Shown: positions 41,921-52,120 of the stretch, one piece after another
How positions within the stretch are numbered: position 1 is the first letter of the stretch
Layout of the letters: every line of letters begins with the position of its first letter
Assembly: GCA_038240025.1 (NCBI GenBank)
Contig: JBBSED010000005.1
Coordinates: 95,134 to 159,133 of the forward strand
Direction: 5' to 3'
Source of the DNA: Chthoniobacterales bacterium
Lineage (GTDB): Bacteria; Verrucomicrobiota; Verrucomicrobiia; Chthoniobacterales; UBA10450
DNA: 64,000 bases
The notes under the pieces: model-generated
Database searches by the model: none
What the model was told of the DNA's origin: nothing
The model's input: the letters and a program-made list of their open reading frames with translations, nothing else
Program-made: the position numbers and the translations under genes

Positions 41921-42044
41921 CGCCCTGTAGTCGCTTCGCTGTGCGAAGCGTGAGATGGACGTTCAAATACGGCTTCCCCGGCCACCGCCCCGATGCCCGC
42001 GTTTCCCACAGGGAAACGTCTACAGGTCCAGTTCATCACTTCGC

Positions 42045-43262
42045 CTACGGCGCGATCGTTTCGACAAAATGGAATTTCCCGTCCTTGATCGTCAGCACCT
42101 TGGCCGACTTGGTCGCGTTCCGCTGTTCGTTGATCGTGATCGTGCCGGTGACGCCTTCGTAGTTCTTCGTCGCCGCGATCGCGTCGCGGAGCTTTTGCGG
42201 GTCGGTGCTCCCGGCGCGCTTCATGGCGTCGAGTAAAACCGCCGCGCCATCGTAACCGAGCGCCGCCATGGCGTCGGGATCCTTCTTAAACCGCGCCCGA
42301 TAATCTTTCACGAAACCCTGCACGATCGGCGAGGTGTCGTCGGTCGAGAAGTGGTTGGAGAAATAATCGCCTTCGATCGCCGCCCCGCCGATCTGGGTGA
42401 GCGTCGGTGAATCCCAGCCGTCGCCGCCCATCAGCGGCACGGTGATCCCGAGCTCATGCGACTGGCGCGCGATCAGGCCAACTTCGTTGTAATAACCGGG
42501 CACGAAAATCGCCTCCGGGTTGGAGCTCTTGATCGAGGTGAGCTGCGCCTTGAAATCCTGATCGCCCGAGCTGTAGCTCTGTTCCGCCACAACCGTGCCG
42601 CCATGGCTGGTGAAGTAAGCCTTATAAGCCGCCGCCAGGCCGACGCTGTAATCTTGCCGCACGTCGATCAGGACCGCGACCTTGGTTTTCTTGAGCGTGT
42701 TGAGGGTAAACTTCGCCATCACTTCGCCCTGGAAGGGATCGATGAAGCAGACCCGGAAAATGTAATCGCCGACCTGCGTGACTCTCAGGTTGGTCGAGCC
42801 CGGCGAGATCATCGGGATCTTGCTCTGCTGCGCGATCGGCGCGGCCTCGAGCGTGCGCGAGGAAGCGATTTCGCCTAACAATGCCACGACTTGGTCGCGC
42901 GACATCAATTTGCGCACCGCGGTGGCGGCTTCGCCCGGCTTCGATTGGTCGTCCTCGGTGATGAGATTGATCTTTTTCCCGAGCACGCCGCCGCTGGCGT
43001 TGGCTTTTTCCACGACCAGCGTGGTCCCGTTGTGCGCCGCCGTGCCGAAGCTCGCGGTCAGGCCGGTGAGGCAGGCATATTCGCCCACCGCGATGGAGTC
43101 GCCGCTCGCGCCCCCTCCGCCTTTGCCGCAACCGGCGAGGAGAAGAGCCGCGCCTAACGACAGCGCGCCCGCTCGCCTAACGAATGAAAGAGACCCGGCG
43201 AAAGAAGAACGGAGTGACATAATCGGTTCGCTCCGAATACGGGCTGGCGCGAGGCGAATCAA
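42045..43262 (-). CDS. Branched-chain amino acid ABC transporter substrate-binding lipoprotein (LivK/LivJ-like)
   Basis: Lipoprotein signal (LLAGC) and periplasmic binding protein type I fold. Confidence 0.75.
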   Translation of the reverse strand: MIRLAPARIRSEPIMSLRSSFAGSLSFVRRAGALSLGAALLLAGCGKGGGGASGDSIAVGEYACLTGLTASFGTAAHNGTTLVVEKANASGGVLGKKINLITEDDQSKPGEAATAVRKLMSRDQVVALLGEIASSRTLEAAPIAQQSKIPMISPGSTNLRVTQVGDYIFRVCFIDPFQGEVMAKFTLNTLKKTKVAVLIDVRQDYSVGLAAAYKAYFTSHGGTVVAEQSYSSGDQDFKAQLTSIKSSNPEAIFVPGYYNEVGLIARQSHELGITVPLMGGDGWDSPTLTQIGGAAIEGDYFSNHFSTDDTSPIVQGFVKDYRARFKKDPDAMAALGYDGAAVLLDAMKRAGSTDPQKLRDAIAATKNYEGVTGTITINEQRNATKSAKVLTIKDGKFHFVETIAP

Positions 43263-43281
43263 GCGTTTTCGCGGAGCGGCG

Positions 43282-44265
43282 ATGGTGCTATTCTCGCGCG
43301 TGAAATCCTCCAGCGCCGGCTTTGTTCCGCGACTGCTCCAGCCGGCTCTGGCGGTTCTGCTCGCCGCCGCGTCGGCTTCGGCCGCACCGCCCGCGACGGA
43401 GGAGGCGCAGTTCCAGGCGCTCCCCCTCGAGCGCTCCCGGCAGAATCACCTGCTCGTCCACGCCCGGATCAACGGCAAACCGGCGCTCCTCGGGGTGGAC
43501 AGCGGCGCGCCGGTGAGCGCGATCTCGGTCACGCGCCGGAAACATTTCGGACTCACCGAGCTCCCCGGTTCCTCGAAGCTGCCGCCGCGGCTACGGATCA
43601 ATGGCGGCTTTAATCGGGTGGCGATCGCGCATCGGTTGCAGCTCGGCGCGCTCACGCTCGTGGACGAGCCGATGGTGGCGATCGACCTGAGCGGGCCGGC
43701 CCGTTCTTCCCGCGATTTTCACGAGCAGGAACTCGACGGCATTCTTGGCGCGGACGTTCTTTTTCCCACCCAGGCGGTGCTCGATTGCGAGAAGCAAATC
43801 CTGATCATGAAAGTGGATCCCGATATTCCGGGCACGGTGCCGGGAATTGATCACCGCGGCTGGCGCGAGGTGCCGATTCGGGTGACGAAAGGCTGGAACC
43901 TCTACGTCGACAGCAAGCTCAACGGCAAAGCCGCGCAGCTTATGATCGATACCGGCGCTTTCACGACGCTCATCCACAAGCCGTTCCTCCACGAAATGCG
44001 CCTCGCGCTGCGCGAAACGCCTTACACTTCCGGCGCGGTGAATCTCGAGGACCGCGGGTTGCAACTCGCGACCATCCGGCGTTTCTCGGTGGGTGATTTC
44101 TTGGTCAAACGCAAGGAGGTCGGGGTGATGGATCTCGAGGGGTTGATCCACGGTGATCTGCTCACCGGCGAGCCGCCGGTCGCGGGATTGTTAGGTTCAG
44201 AATTTCTCCGGCGCAATCACGGCATCATCGATTTCGGCACGCGCACGCTCTATCTGAAGTTGTAG
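43282..44265 (+). CDS. Secreted retropepsin-like (clan AA) aspartic protease with two catalytic lobes
   Basis: Signal peptide; LGVDSGAPVSAI and LMIDTGAFTTLI Asp-Thr/Ser-Gly motifs; ATG at 43282 inside the longer track ORF. Confidence 0.55.
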   Translation: MVLFSRVKSSSAGFVPRLLQPALAVLLAAASASAAPPATEEAQFQALPLERSRQNHLLVHARINGKPALLGVDSGAPVSAISVTRRKHFGLTELPGSSKLPPRLRINGGFNRVAIAHRLQLGALTLVDEPMVAIDLSGPARSSRDFHEQELDGILGADVLFPTQAVLDCEKQILIMKVDPDIPGTVPGIDHRGWREVPIRVTKGWNLYVDSKLNGKAAQLMIDTGAFTTLIHKPFLHEMRLALRETPYTSGAVNLEDRGLQLATIRRFSVGDFLVKRKEVGVMDLEGLIHGDLLTGEPPVAGLLGSEFLRRNHGIIDFGTRTLYLKL

Positions 44266-44294
44266 CCGCGCGCCCCCCGTGGCACTGGTCTGCC

Positions 44295-45026
44295 ATGAAA
44301 CGGATTCTTTTTTGCAGCCTGCTCTGTGCCCTCGGCCTAACGACTTCCCACGGTCGGGAGACCGAGAAAATTGCCGGTCAATCTAGCCCAGCCAAGGGCA
44401 CCCATGGCCTCGCCACCCCCTCGGCCGAGACCATGCCGGCAACCGCGCCCGCCGCGAAACTGGAAGAAAACGCGAAGTCAGGCGAAGCTAAGCACATGGA
44501 TAAAGATCAAAAGGAAGTGGCCGTGCTCAAAACCAGCGCGGGCGAAATGGTGGTGGAATTCTGGCCGGACGTGGCCCCGAAAACCGTGGAAAATTTCAAG
44601 AAACTCGCCAAGGAAGGCTTCTATGATGGCACGGCGTTTCATCGCATCATCAAGGGCTTCATGATCCAGGGCGGCGATCCGAACACGAAGGATCTCTCGA
44701 ACGAAGCGATGTACGGCACCGGCGGTCCGGGTTACCAAGTCGCCGCGGAATTTAACGAGCGTCCGCACGTGCGCGGCGTCCTTTCGATGGCCCGCTCGCA
44801 GGATCCGAACTCGGCCGGTAGCCAATTTTTCGTCTGCCTCGGGGTCGCGAAATCGCTCGACCGGCAATACACCGCTTTCGGTCATCTGATCAAAGGCCTC
44901 GACGTCCTCGAACGGATCGGCGACACGCCGGTGGGTCGCGGGAACGGCGGCGAAATGAGCAAGCCGGCCAGCCGGGTCACGCTCGAGAGCGTGAAGATCG
45001 TGCCGGCCGATTCGATCAAGAAATAA
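44295..45026 (+). CDS. ppiB: Cyclophilin-type peptidyl-prolyl cis-trans isomerase (secreted)
   Basis: GFYDGTAFHRIIKGFMIQGGDP core. Confidence 0.8.
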   Translation: MKRILFCSLLCALGLTTSHGRETEKIAGQSSPAKGTHGLATPSAETMPATAPAAKLEENAKSGEAKHMDKDQKEVAVLKTSAGEMVVEFWPDVAPKTVENFKKLAKEGFYDGTAFHRIIKGFMIQGGDPNTKDLSNEAMYGTGGPGYQVAAEFNERPHVRGVLSMARSQDPNSAGSQFFVCLGVAKSLDRQYTAFGHLIKGLDVLERIGDTPVGRGNGGEMSKPASRVTLESVKIVPADSIKK

Positions 45027-45910
45027 TGCCTAACGAGACGACCCGCGTCGCCGCCATCCAGATGCAATGCGGGACCGACCCGCAGGCCAACCTGGAGAAG
45101 GCGGTCGCGCGTGTCCGTGAGGCCGCGGCGCAGGGGGCGCAGATCATCTGCCTGCCGGAGCTCTTCCGTTCGCAGTACTTTTGCCAATCGGAGGACCACG
45201 CGAACTTCGAGCTCGCGGAGACGATTCCCGGGCCCTCGACCGAGTCGTTAGGCGAAGTCGCGCGCGAGACGGGCGCGGTCATCATCGCCTCGCTTTTCGA
45301 AAAGCGGACCGCCGGGCTTTATCACAACACCGCCGCGATCATCGGGACGCAGGGTGAGTTGCTCGGGCGGTATCGCAAGATGCACATCCCGGATGATCCC
45401 TCGTATTACGAGAAGTTTTATTTCACCCCGGGCGATCTTGGTTTTCTTAACTGGCCGACCCCGCACGGCAACGTCGGCGTCTGCGTCTGCTGGGATCAAT
45501 GGTACCCGGAAGCCGCCCGCCTCACGACTCTGCGCGGTGCCGAGATTCTCTTTTACCCGACCGCGATTGGCTGGCATCCGAGCGAGAAAGAGAAATACAG
45601 CTACGCCCAGCATTCCGCCTGGGAAACGATGCAGCGCAGCCACGCGATCGCGAACGGCTGCTTCGTTGTCGCGGTGAATCGCGTCGGGCTGGAGCGGCCG
45701 GTCGGCGGCGACGGGATCGAGTTCTGGGGTCAAAGCTTCATCGTCGCTCCGAGCGGCGAGATCCTGGCGAAGGCGAGCGTCGAACGCGAAGAAACGCTTT
45801 TCGCCGAGGTGGAATGGAAGCGCGTGAATGAATACCGCACGCATTGGCCCTTCCTGCGCGACCGCCGGATCGATGCCTACGCCGGAATCGAGCAGCGTCT
45901 GCTCGATTAA
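45026..45910 (+). CDS. aguB: Carbon-nitrogen hydrolase family; N-carbamoylputrescine amidase-like
   Basis: Catalytic triad context E...K...C (CVCWDQWYPE); start ATGCCTAACGA overlaps the ppiB stop and a motif copy. Confidence 0.6.
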   Translation: MPNETTRVAAIQMQCGTDPQANLEKAVARVREAAAQGAQIICLPELFRSQYFCQSEDHANFELAETIPGPSTESLGEVARETGAVIIASLFEKRTAGLYHNTAAIIGTQGELLGRYRKMHIPDDPSYYEKFYFTPGDLGFLNWPTPHGNVGVCVCWDQWYPEAARLTTLRGAEILFYPTAIGWHPSEKEKYSYAQHSAWETMQRSHAIANGCFVVAVNRVGLERPVGGDGIEFWGQSFIVAPSGEILAKASVEREETLFAEVEWKRVNEYRTHWPFLRDRRIDAYAGIEQRLLD

Positions 45911-45938
45911 CTTTCGGCGACCAGTCAGATTGAGCGAA

Positions 45939-47255
45939 ATGAGATTCAAATTTTCGCTGCTGCTGACCCTCCTCGCGCTCAGCAACCTCGCCGCTTTCGC
46001 CGAAATGAAACGCGTGCCGATCAACGCCATCTCGGAGCATTACGTGAAGCTCGTCCTCGCGATGACGCCGCACGATCCTGATTACGTCGACGCGTATTAC
46101 GGCCCACCGACCTGGAAATCCTCCGTCGAAGCCGCGAAACCTTCTCTCGTCGAAATCGCCCGCGAGGCCGCCGACTTGCGCGGGCAGCTCGCGAAACTGC
46201 CGCCGCCGCCGCAGGAAATCGATCGTCTCCGTCGCGAATACCTCGACAAACAGCTGGCGGCTCTAGGCGCGCGCGTGCGGCTCTTACAGGGCGAAAAAAT
46301 GACTTTCGATGAGCAATCGCGCGCGCTCTACGACGCCGTCGCACCGACTTATCCGGCGGAACATTTCCAGAAATTGATCGACGAGATCGAGGCGACCGGT
46401 GCCGTGAAACCGAACGGCCCGTCGGATCACCGAACGCTCGCCGAGCGTTACGCCGCCTGGCGCAAAGCGTTCATCATTCCGAAGGACAAACTCGACGCGG
46501 TCTTCCAGCTGGCGATCAAAGAATGCCGCGCGCGCACCCTCGCGCATCTGCGCTTGCCGCCGGACGAGAGCTTCACCGTCGAGTACGTGACCAACAAACC
46601 ATGGGGCGGTTACAACTGGTATAAGGGGAACTTCCGCAGCGTCATTCAGGTGAATACCGACCTGCCGAATTACATCGATCGCGCGGTCGACCTCGCCGCG
46701 CACGAGGGCTATCCCGGTCATCACGTTTACAACACGCTCCTCGAGCGCAACCTCACCCGGGATCGCGGCTGGATGGATTTCTCGGTCTACCCACTTTACT
46801 CGCCGCAGTCGCTCATCGCCGAGGGCACCGCGAATTTCGGACGCGAAATAGTTTTCACGAAACCGGAGCGGCGGAAGTTTGAGAAGGACGTCCTCTGGCC
46901 GGCCGCCGGCCTCGATTCCGCGCGAGCGGAGGAGTATTACAAGGTGCAGGACTTGATGACAAAACTAAGCTATGCCGGGAACGAAGCGGCGCGGCAGCTA
47001 CTCGATGGGAAGACGGATCCAGCGGGCGCGGCGGAATGGCTCGAGAAATACGAGCTGCAGGATCCGGAACGGGCGAAGAAGCGAGTGCAATTCATCCAGC
47101 ACTACGGCAGCTACGTGATTAACTATAATTACGGCGAGGATCTCGTTAGGCAGTATATCGAAAAGCGGGGCGGGACACCCGGGGATCCGGAGAAGCGCTG
47201 GGAAGAATTCGGGAAGTTACTTTCGTCGCCTCGCCTGCCGAGCGGTCTGCGCTAA
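45939..47255 (+). CDS. DUF885 family protein (putative secreted metallopeptidase-like)
   Basis: Signal peptide and HEGYPGHH motif. Confidence 0.55.
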   Translation: MRFKFSLLLTLLALSNLAAFAEMKRVPINAISEHYVKLVLAMTPHDPDYVDAYYGPPTWKSSVEAAKPSLVEIAREAADLRGQLAKLPPPPQEIDRLRREYLDKQLAALGARVRLLQGEKMTFDEQSRALYDAVAPTYPAEHFQKLIDEIEATGAVKPNGPSDHRTLAERYAAWRKAFIIPKDKLDAVFQLAIKECRARTLAHLRLPPDESFTVEYVTNKPWGGYNWYKGNFRSVIQVNTDLPNYIDRAVDLAAHEGYPGHHVYNTLLERNLTRDRGWMDFSVYPLYSPQSLIAEGTANFGREIVFTKPERRKFEKDVLWPAAGLDSARAEEYYKVQDLMTKLSYAGNEAARQLLDGKTDPAGAAEWLEKYELQDPERAKKRVQFIQHYGSYVINYNYGEDLVRQYIEKRGGTPGDPEKRWEEFGKLLSSPRLPSGLR

Positions 47256-47577
47256 AGGCGGCGGCCGATTTCGGGCGATTTTCCTTGCAGCCGGAACCCG
47301 CTGTCGTACGCTTTTGTTAGTTCTTTGTTATTGCTGAGTGATCGGGCCCAATGGCCCGGTCAACGGGGGAACCAAAATCTCCGGGGAACCGGATCGGGGC
47401 GTGTGGCGCTGCGGCGCCAGGGACACTTGGTGGTCCTAGCCCGACAGCTAACCTCGTAAGCGCAAACACCGGGAGCAGGAATCGTCGCAGGACCTCCTAC
47501 ACTCGTTAGGCAGGGTCTCTCTGTCCGCAGGGGAGAGCCGTCATGGGCTGAAGAAGCCCTTTAGAAAGAAAAGTAAA

Positions 47578-48879
47578 ATGAGCACTGTTAAGAAATTAGC
47601 GGTGTTTGGGTTAGTGGCAGTGATTGCCGTGTCAGTGGAAGCCGTGTGGCTGAGCGCGCTGGAACCGCGTCTCTCCGCCACACTCGCCGTGGCGCAGTTG
47701 AATGGCGGTAACGACGCCTTTCTTCGGCTCCGCCTTTTCGATACCTATCGCGCGGCGGCGCACACCGTCGTCGTCGCGGTTATCCTGCTGGCCTTGGTCT
47801 GGGTCGTGCGGCCTCGGCGGAAAGCCACTGCGCGCAAGGCAGTGACCCTGTTGCTAGTGGGCAGTTGTAGTCTGCTCGGCAGTTGCATGAAGCCGTACGA
47901 CACGCCGGAATACGCCGAGATCGATACCTCCGAAACGGGCTTTCTCATCCCGCTCGAAGGCGACTCCGGCAGCCAGGCGAAGTTCCAGTCCGAGCAATAC
48001 CTCCGCGACATGAAAGTTGCGGCCAAGCGCGTCCAGGTGACTCATCGCTGGTCGCAGGAAGGCCGCTTCTATGGGAGCGGGCGCTGGATCCCGACCGTGC
48101 GGTTGATCAAGGTCAACCGCTCACCCGTGACGCGGGAATGGACGGCCGAGAACAACAGCGGCACGGCCGAGAAGAACCAGGCGATCTGGATCGAGAGCGC
48201 GGACAGCGTCGGATTCAGCATGGGCTTCACCTGCACCGCTTTCATCGCGGAGGAGGACGCGGCGAAATTCCTCTACTGGTATCCGAGCGGCTCGCTCGAC
48301 AAGGTCATGGACAGCGAAACGCGCGGCCGCATCCAACAGATCAGCGCCGAGGTCGCGGCCAAATATCCGCTCGATACCCTGCGCGAAAAGAAGCAGGAAA
48401 TCTCCGACGCGGTGAAGAACGACATCACGAAGTTCTTCGCCAGTCGCGGAGTGACCGTGACCACACTCGGCATGTTCGGCGGCATGACCTACGAGAACGG
48501 CGAGATCCAGAAAGCGATCGACAACACCATCATCGCGCAACAGCTCAAGGTGGTGAACGAAGCGCGCTTCGCCGCGCAACGGCGCGAGAACGATCGCATC
48601 GAACTCGAGGCCAACGCCACGGCCGAGCGCGCTCGCCGCATCGCCGCCGGTGAAGCGGACGCGAAGAAAATAAACGCCGCCGCGGAAGCGCAATCGATCC
48701 GCGAGGTGAACGCCGCGCTCGCCGAGGCGAAAGAGAATCCGTTGCTCTACCAACTGCGTTCGCTCGAAGTCGAGCGGGCGCGGGTGCAGCAATGGAACGG
48801 CCAATACCCGACCTACTTCGTCGGCACCGGCGGAGCCGCACCGGCGATGCTCCTGCCGGCGCCGGTCGCACCGCGGTGA
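47578..48879 (+). CDS. SPFH/band-7 (prohibitin/HflKC-like) domain membrane protein
   Basis: N-terminal TM helices, SPFH core and C-terminal coiled coil. Confidence 0.6.
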   Translation: MSTVKKLAVFGLVAVIAVSVEAVWLSALEPRLSATLAVAQLNGGNDAFLRLRLFDTYRAAAHTVVVAVILLALVWVVRPRRKATARKAVTLLLVGSCSLLGSCMKPYDTPEYAEIDTSETGFLIPLEGDSGSQAKFQSEQYLRDMKVAAKRVQVTHRWSQEGRFYGSGRWIPTVRLIKVNRSPVTREWTAENNSGTAEKNQAIWIESADSVGFSMGFTCTAFIAEEDAAKFLYWYPSGSLDKVMDSETRGRIQQISAEVAAKYPLDTLREKKQEISDAVKNDITKFFASRGVTVTTLGMFGGMTYENGEIQKAIDNTIIAQQLKVVNEARFAAQRRENDRIELEANATAERARRIAAGEADAKKINAAAEAQSIREVNAALAEAKENPLLYQLRSLEVERARVQQWNGQYPTYFVGTGGAAPAMLLPAPVAPR

Positions 48880-48949
48880 CGGGTCGTCAGGCCAAGTCCC
48901 GGGGAGCGCGGTTCGCTCCCCGGGATGAGCTGTGCGAATTTCTCGCCCG

Positions 48950-49978
48950 ATGGAATTGCTGACCCTCCGCCAAATCCGCCAAACCGTGCCCCAGGGACCG
49001 CTGGAAGCGCGCGCTCATGTGCAACTCGAAACCGTGGCCTCGAAAACCACCCGCGACCAAAAGCCGTATTGCGAGCTGGCGCTCGCCGACGCGGTCGATC
49101 GCATGACCTTGCGCGTCTGGAGCGACAACCCGAATTTCAAAGCCTGCGAGTCGATGCAGACCGGCGATTTCGTCGAGATCAACGGCGAATTTTTCCAAGG
49201 CCAATATGGCCTCGACGCGCGCCGCTGGAAAACCCGCAGCCTAACGAGTGAAGAACAGGCCCACCTTCTTCAAGGCCCGCCGGCGCTGCGCGCGAAGCAG
49301 GCCGCGGATTGGGAATTCATTCTCGCGACCACGGCGGCGATCCGCGACCCCCGGCTCTACGCGCTCTGCGCGGAGTTTATCGCGGAGCATGGCAGTCGGT
49401 TCCGGAACAGCGCTGGCGCCCGCACTTATCATCACGCGCGGCGAGGCGGACTCGTGGAACACACCGCGCAGATGATGCGCGTCGCGACTCAACTCGCGCC
49501 GCTCTATCCCGATCTGAACCTCGACCTGCTCGTGGCCGGAATTCTTTTCCACGACTCCGGCAAGCTCTGGGAAAATCATCTCCCGGAGACCGGTTTTAGC
49601 ATGCCCTTCGACGAACGCGGCGAGATGATCGGCCACATCTCGCTCGGGATGGATCTGGTGAATTCCCTCTGGCGGAAAATCCAGGCCGATCCGCAACAGG
49701 CGGCCGATTGGTCGAAGCTCTCGCCGCCGCTGGAAGATATCCGCCTGCACCTCCTCCACCTGGTCGCGGCGCACCATGGCGAGATGCAGTTCGGGTCGCC
49801 CGTCGTCCCGAAAACGCCGGAGGCGCTGGCGCTCAACTACATCGATAACCTCGATGCGCGGTTGGAGATGTTCATTGCCGGCTATCCGGTGGCGAAGCCG
49901 CTGGCCGAACGCGTCTTCGAGCGGGTGCGCCCGCTGCCGGCGAATTTGGTTAAGCCGCTCGAGAAATTTTCCGGGTAG
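48950..49978 (+). CDS. YhaM-like protein: OB-fold plus HD-domain phosphohydrolase (3'-5' exoribonuclease family)
   Basis: N-terminal OB fold, HD motif (LFHDSGK...HHGEMQFG). Confidence 0.5.
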   Translation: MELLTLRQIRQTVPQGPLEARAHVQLETVASKTTRDQKPYCELALADAVDRMTLRVWSDNPNFKACESMQTGDFVEINGEFFQGQYGLDARRWKTRSLTSEEQAHLLQGPPALRAKQAADWEFILATTAAIRDPRLYALCAEFIAEHGSRFRNSAGARTYHHARRGGLVEHTAQMMRVATQLAPLYPDLNLDLLVAGILFHDSGKLWENHLPETGFSMPFDERGEMIGHISLGMDLVNSLWRKIQADPQQAADWSKLSPPLEDIRLHLLHLVAAHHGEMQFGSPVVPKTPEALALNYIDNLDARLEMFIAGYPVAKPLAERVFERVRPLPANLVKPLEKFSG

Positions 49979-50753
49979 CTTCCGCGAGGTATTGCTCGTC
50001 GATTTCGAAACCGACGAACTTCGTTAGGCCACAACGCTGGGCCGCGAGCGCGGAATGGCCGATTCCAAGAAACGGATCCAGCATGGTTTTCGCTCTCGTT
50101 AGGCCGTGGAGGAGAATGCAATTTACCGCCAGTTGCACCGGAAACGTCGCCGGATGCGGCCGTTCTTTATCCCGGCGCTGGATCGTTTGGTAAGGGACGA
50201 ACCAAGTGTTCCCTCGGCAACGCCGGTCGCGGCCCGCGGTATGCGACCAGCGGGCGATGTTGCTCTTGTCCTGATAAGGGACGCCGAGCGCGAGCCGATC
50301 GAGCGGCGTCTTTCCGTGCGGCGTGAAATGGAACACGTATTCGTGGCAGTCGTTCAGGAAGCGCGGCGAATTGATCGGCTTGAAGTGTCCGCGGGAGATC
50401 TCTCCGTCTCCAAACTCGTTAGGCAAGGTGATCGCCTTGATCCAGTGAATTGTATTCTGCAGCACGAAGAACTTTCGCAACCGGAGCGCGAGCTCGTGCG
50501 GCAGCATCGGGCTCTTCGGGGAGGCGCCGAGGTTGAGAAAGAGCGACCCGTTAGGCCGAAGCAGGCGGCGAATTTCTGCCGCCCATTCCTCGCACCAGTC
50601 GAGATACAGGGAGCGATCCGCGTCGTCAGAAAACCTCCCGTAGCGAATGCCGAGATTGTAGGGCGGCGAAGTCACCAAAAGATCGATCGAGCCCGCCGCC
50701 AATCCGGACATCCCCTGGACGCAATCGCCCAGCCGCAGATCGAACTCCGTCAT
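49950..50753 (-). CDS. Orphan DNA methyltransferase, N4/N6 family (PF01555); SPPY motif favours N4-cytosine or beta-class
   Basis: LLVTSPPYNLG motif IV and C-terminal AdoMet region; no nuclease gene adjacent. Confidence 0.65.
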   Translation of the reverse strand: MTEFDLRLGDCVQGMSGLAAGSIDLLVTSPPYNLGIRYGRFSDDADRSLYLDWCEEWAAEIRRLLRPNGSLFLNLGASPKSPMLPHELALRLRKFFVLQNTIHWIKAITLPNEFGDGEISRGHFKPINSPRFLNDCHEYVFHFTPHGKTPLDRLALGVPYQDKSNIARWSHTAGRDRRCRGNTWFVPYQTIQRRDKERPHPATFPVQLAVNCILLHGLTRAKTMLDPFLGIGHSALAAQRCGLTKFVGFEIDEQYLAEATRKISRAA

Positions 50754-50810
50754 CGACGCAGTTTACGAATTTCAAAATGAAAGTACAAGGGCGCGCTGTA
50801 AGTTGCCGGC

Positions 50811-51605
50811 ATGTCGGATAAGCCGTCAAAACTCAGGATCGCCGATCGCGAATTTGATTCGCGACTGCTCGTCGGCACCGGTAAATTTTCGTCGAACGAA
50901 CTGATGCGCGACGCGCTCGACGCGAGCGGCACGGAGCTGGTCACGGTCGCGCTGCGGCGCGCCGATCTCTCTGGAAAAGGCGACCCGTTCGCAAACATCC
51001 TCGATTTCATCGACCCGAAACGCTTCCTGCTTTTGCCGAACACGAGCGGCGCGCGGAATGCGGAGGAAGCGGTCCGGCTCGCGCGGCTCGCGGCCAGCGC
51101 CGGCCTACCGACCTGGGTAAAACTCGAGATTCATCCCGATCCGCGCTACCTCCTGCCCGATCCGGTCGAGACGCTCGCGGCCGCGACCATCTTGGTGAAG
51201 GAAGGTTTCACCGTCCTCCCGTACATCAATGCCGACCCCGTTCTCGCGAAGCGCCTGCAGGACGTGGGGACCGCGACGGTGATGCCGTTAGGCTCGCCGA
51301 TCGGGAGCAATCGCGGCATCGAAACCCGGGCGCAGATCGCAATCATCATCGAACAGGCCACCGTCCCGGTCGTGGTCGACGCCGGTCTCGGCGCGCCGAG
51401 TCAGGCCGCCGAAGCGCTTGAGATGGGCGCCGATGCCGTGCTCGTGAACACCGCGATCGCCATCGCTTCCGACCCGGTGCGGATGGCGCGGGCGTTCCGC
51501 AAAGCGGTCGAAGCCGGCCGCGCGGCGCGCGAAATCGGTCTCGCGGAGACGCGGAGCGAAGCCTCGGCCACGAGCCCGCTGACAGCGTTCTTTACCGAGG
51601 CCTAA
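50811..51605 (+). CDS. thiG: Thiazole synthase
   Basis: Full-length ThiG; stop TAA lies inside the motif. Confidence 0.85.
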   Translation: MSDKPSKLRIADREFDSRLLVGTGKFSSNELMRDALDASGTELVTVALRRADLSGKGDPFANILDFIDPKRFLLLPNTSGARNAEEAVRLARLAASAGLPTWVKLEIHPDPRYLLPDPVETLAAATILVKEGFTVLPYINADPVLAKRLQDVGTATVMPLGSPIGSNRGIETRAQIAIIIEQATVPVVVDAGLGAPSQAAEALEMGADAVLVNTAIAIASDPVRMARAFRKAVEAGRAAREIGLAETRSEASATSPLTAFFTEA

Positions 51606-51880
51606 CGATCCTGCCGTTCGTCTTCCGGACGCACATTGCCGGTGCGGGCGCGCTCCTGCCGTTCGTAGGCGTCGTTGTAAAATTCGATTCGACGACCGCC
51701 CAATCGCCTAACGACGCGCCAGCCATGGGCGTGCGCGAACTCGCGCAGGTTGTCGTCGCTCAGCGAACCGAAGAGAAGTTTCTCGCTGGGGTGGGTGATG
51801 AAATGCTCCGGCTTACGCGCGAGCTGTTGCGCGATCACGCGAGCCATCGGCTCGAGCCGGGCGTGCAAATCGGTGTTCAT
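51602..51880 (-). CDS. Small hypothetical protein
   Basis: ORF only; overlaps the thiG stop by 4 nt. Confidence 0.25.
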   Translation of the reverse strand: MNTDLHARLEPMARVIAQQLARKPEHFITHPSEKLLFGSLSDDNLREFAHAHGWRVVRRLGGRRIEFYNDAYERQERARTGNVRPEDERQDR

Positions 51881-52120
51881 CAGCCCTGCGGGCGGTCGCC
51901 GTTGATCGGGCGACTTTGAGGTTTCCGGCGCGGCAAAGGAAGATCGTTAGGCGAGGGCGGCACCTTGGGCGGCCGATTCAATTTATCGCCGAGCGACTGC
52001 TTGGATTTAGAGGAAGGTGAAGGGCCGCGCGCTTCGGGTTTTTTCATCGTCGTGGGATGGGGACGGCCCCATCTTGTCGTCCGGTCGTTTTTCGTGGTAG
52101 CTGCGACTCTTCCTCTTGTC

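Noticed and set aside
42778-44265. 495-aa reading of ORF 42778..44265
   Set aside because: The N-terminal 168 aa overlap livK antisense and are low-complexity. The ATG at 43282 is followed by a signal peptide.
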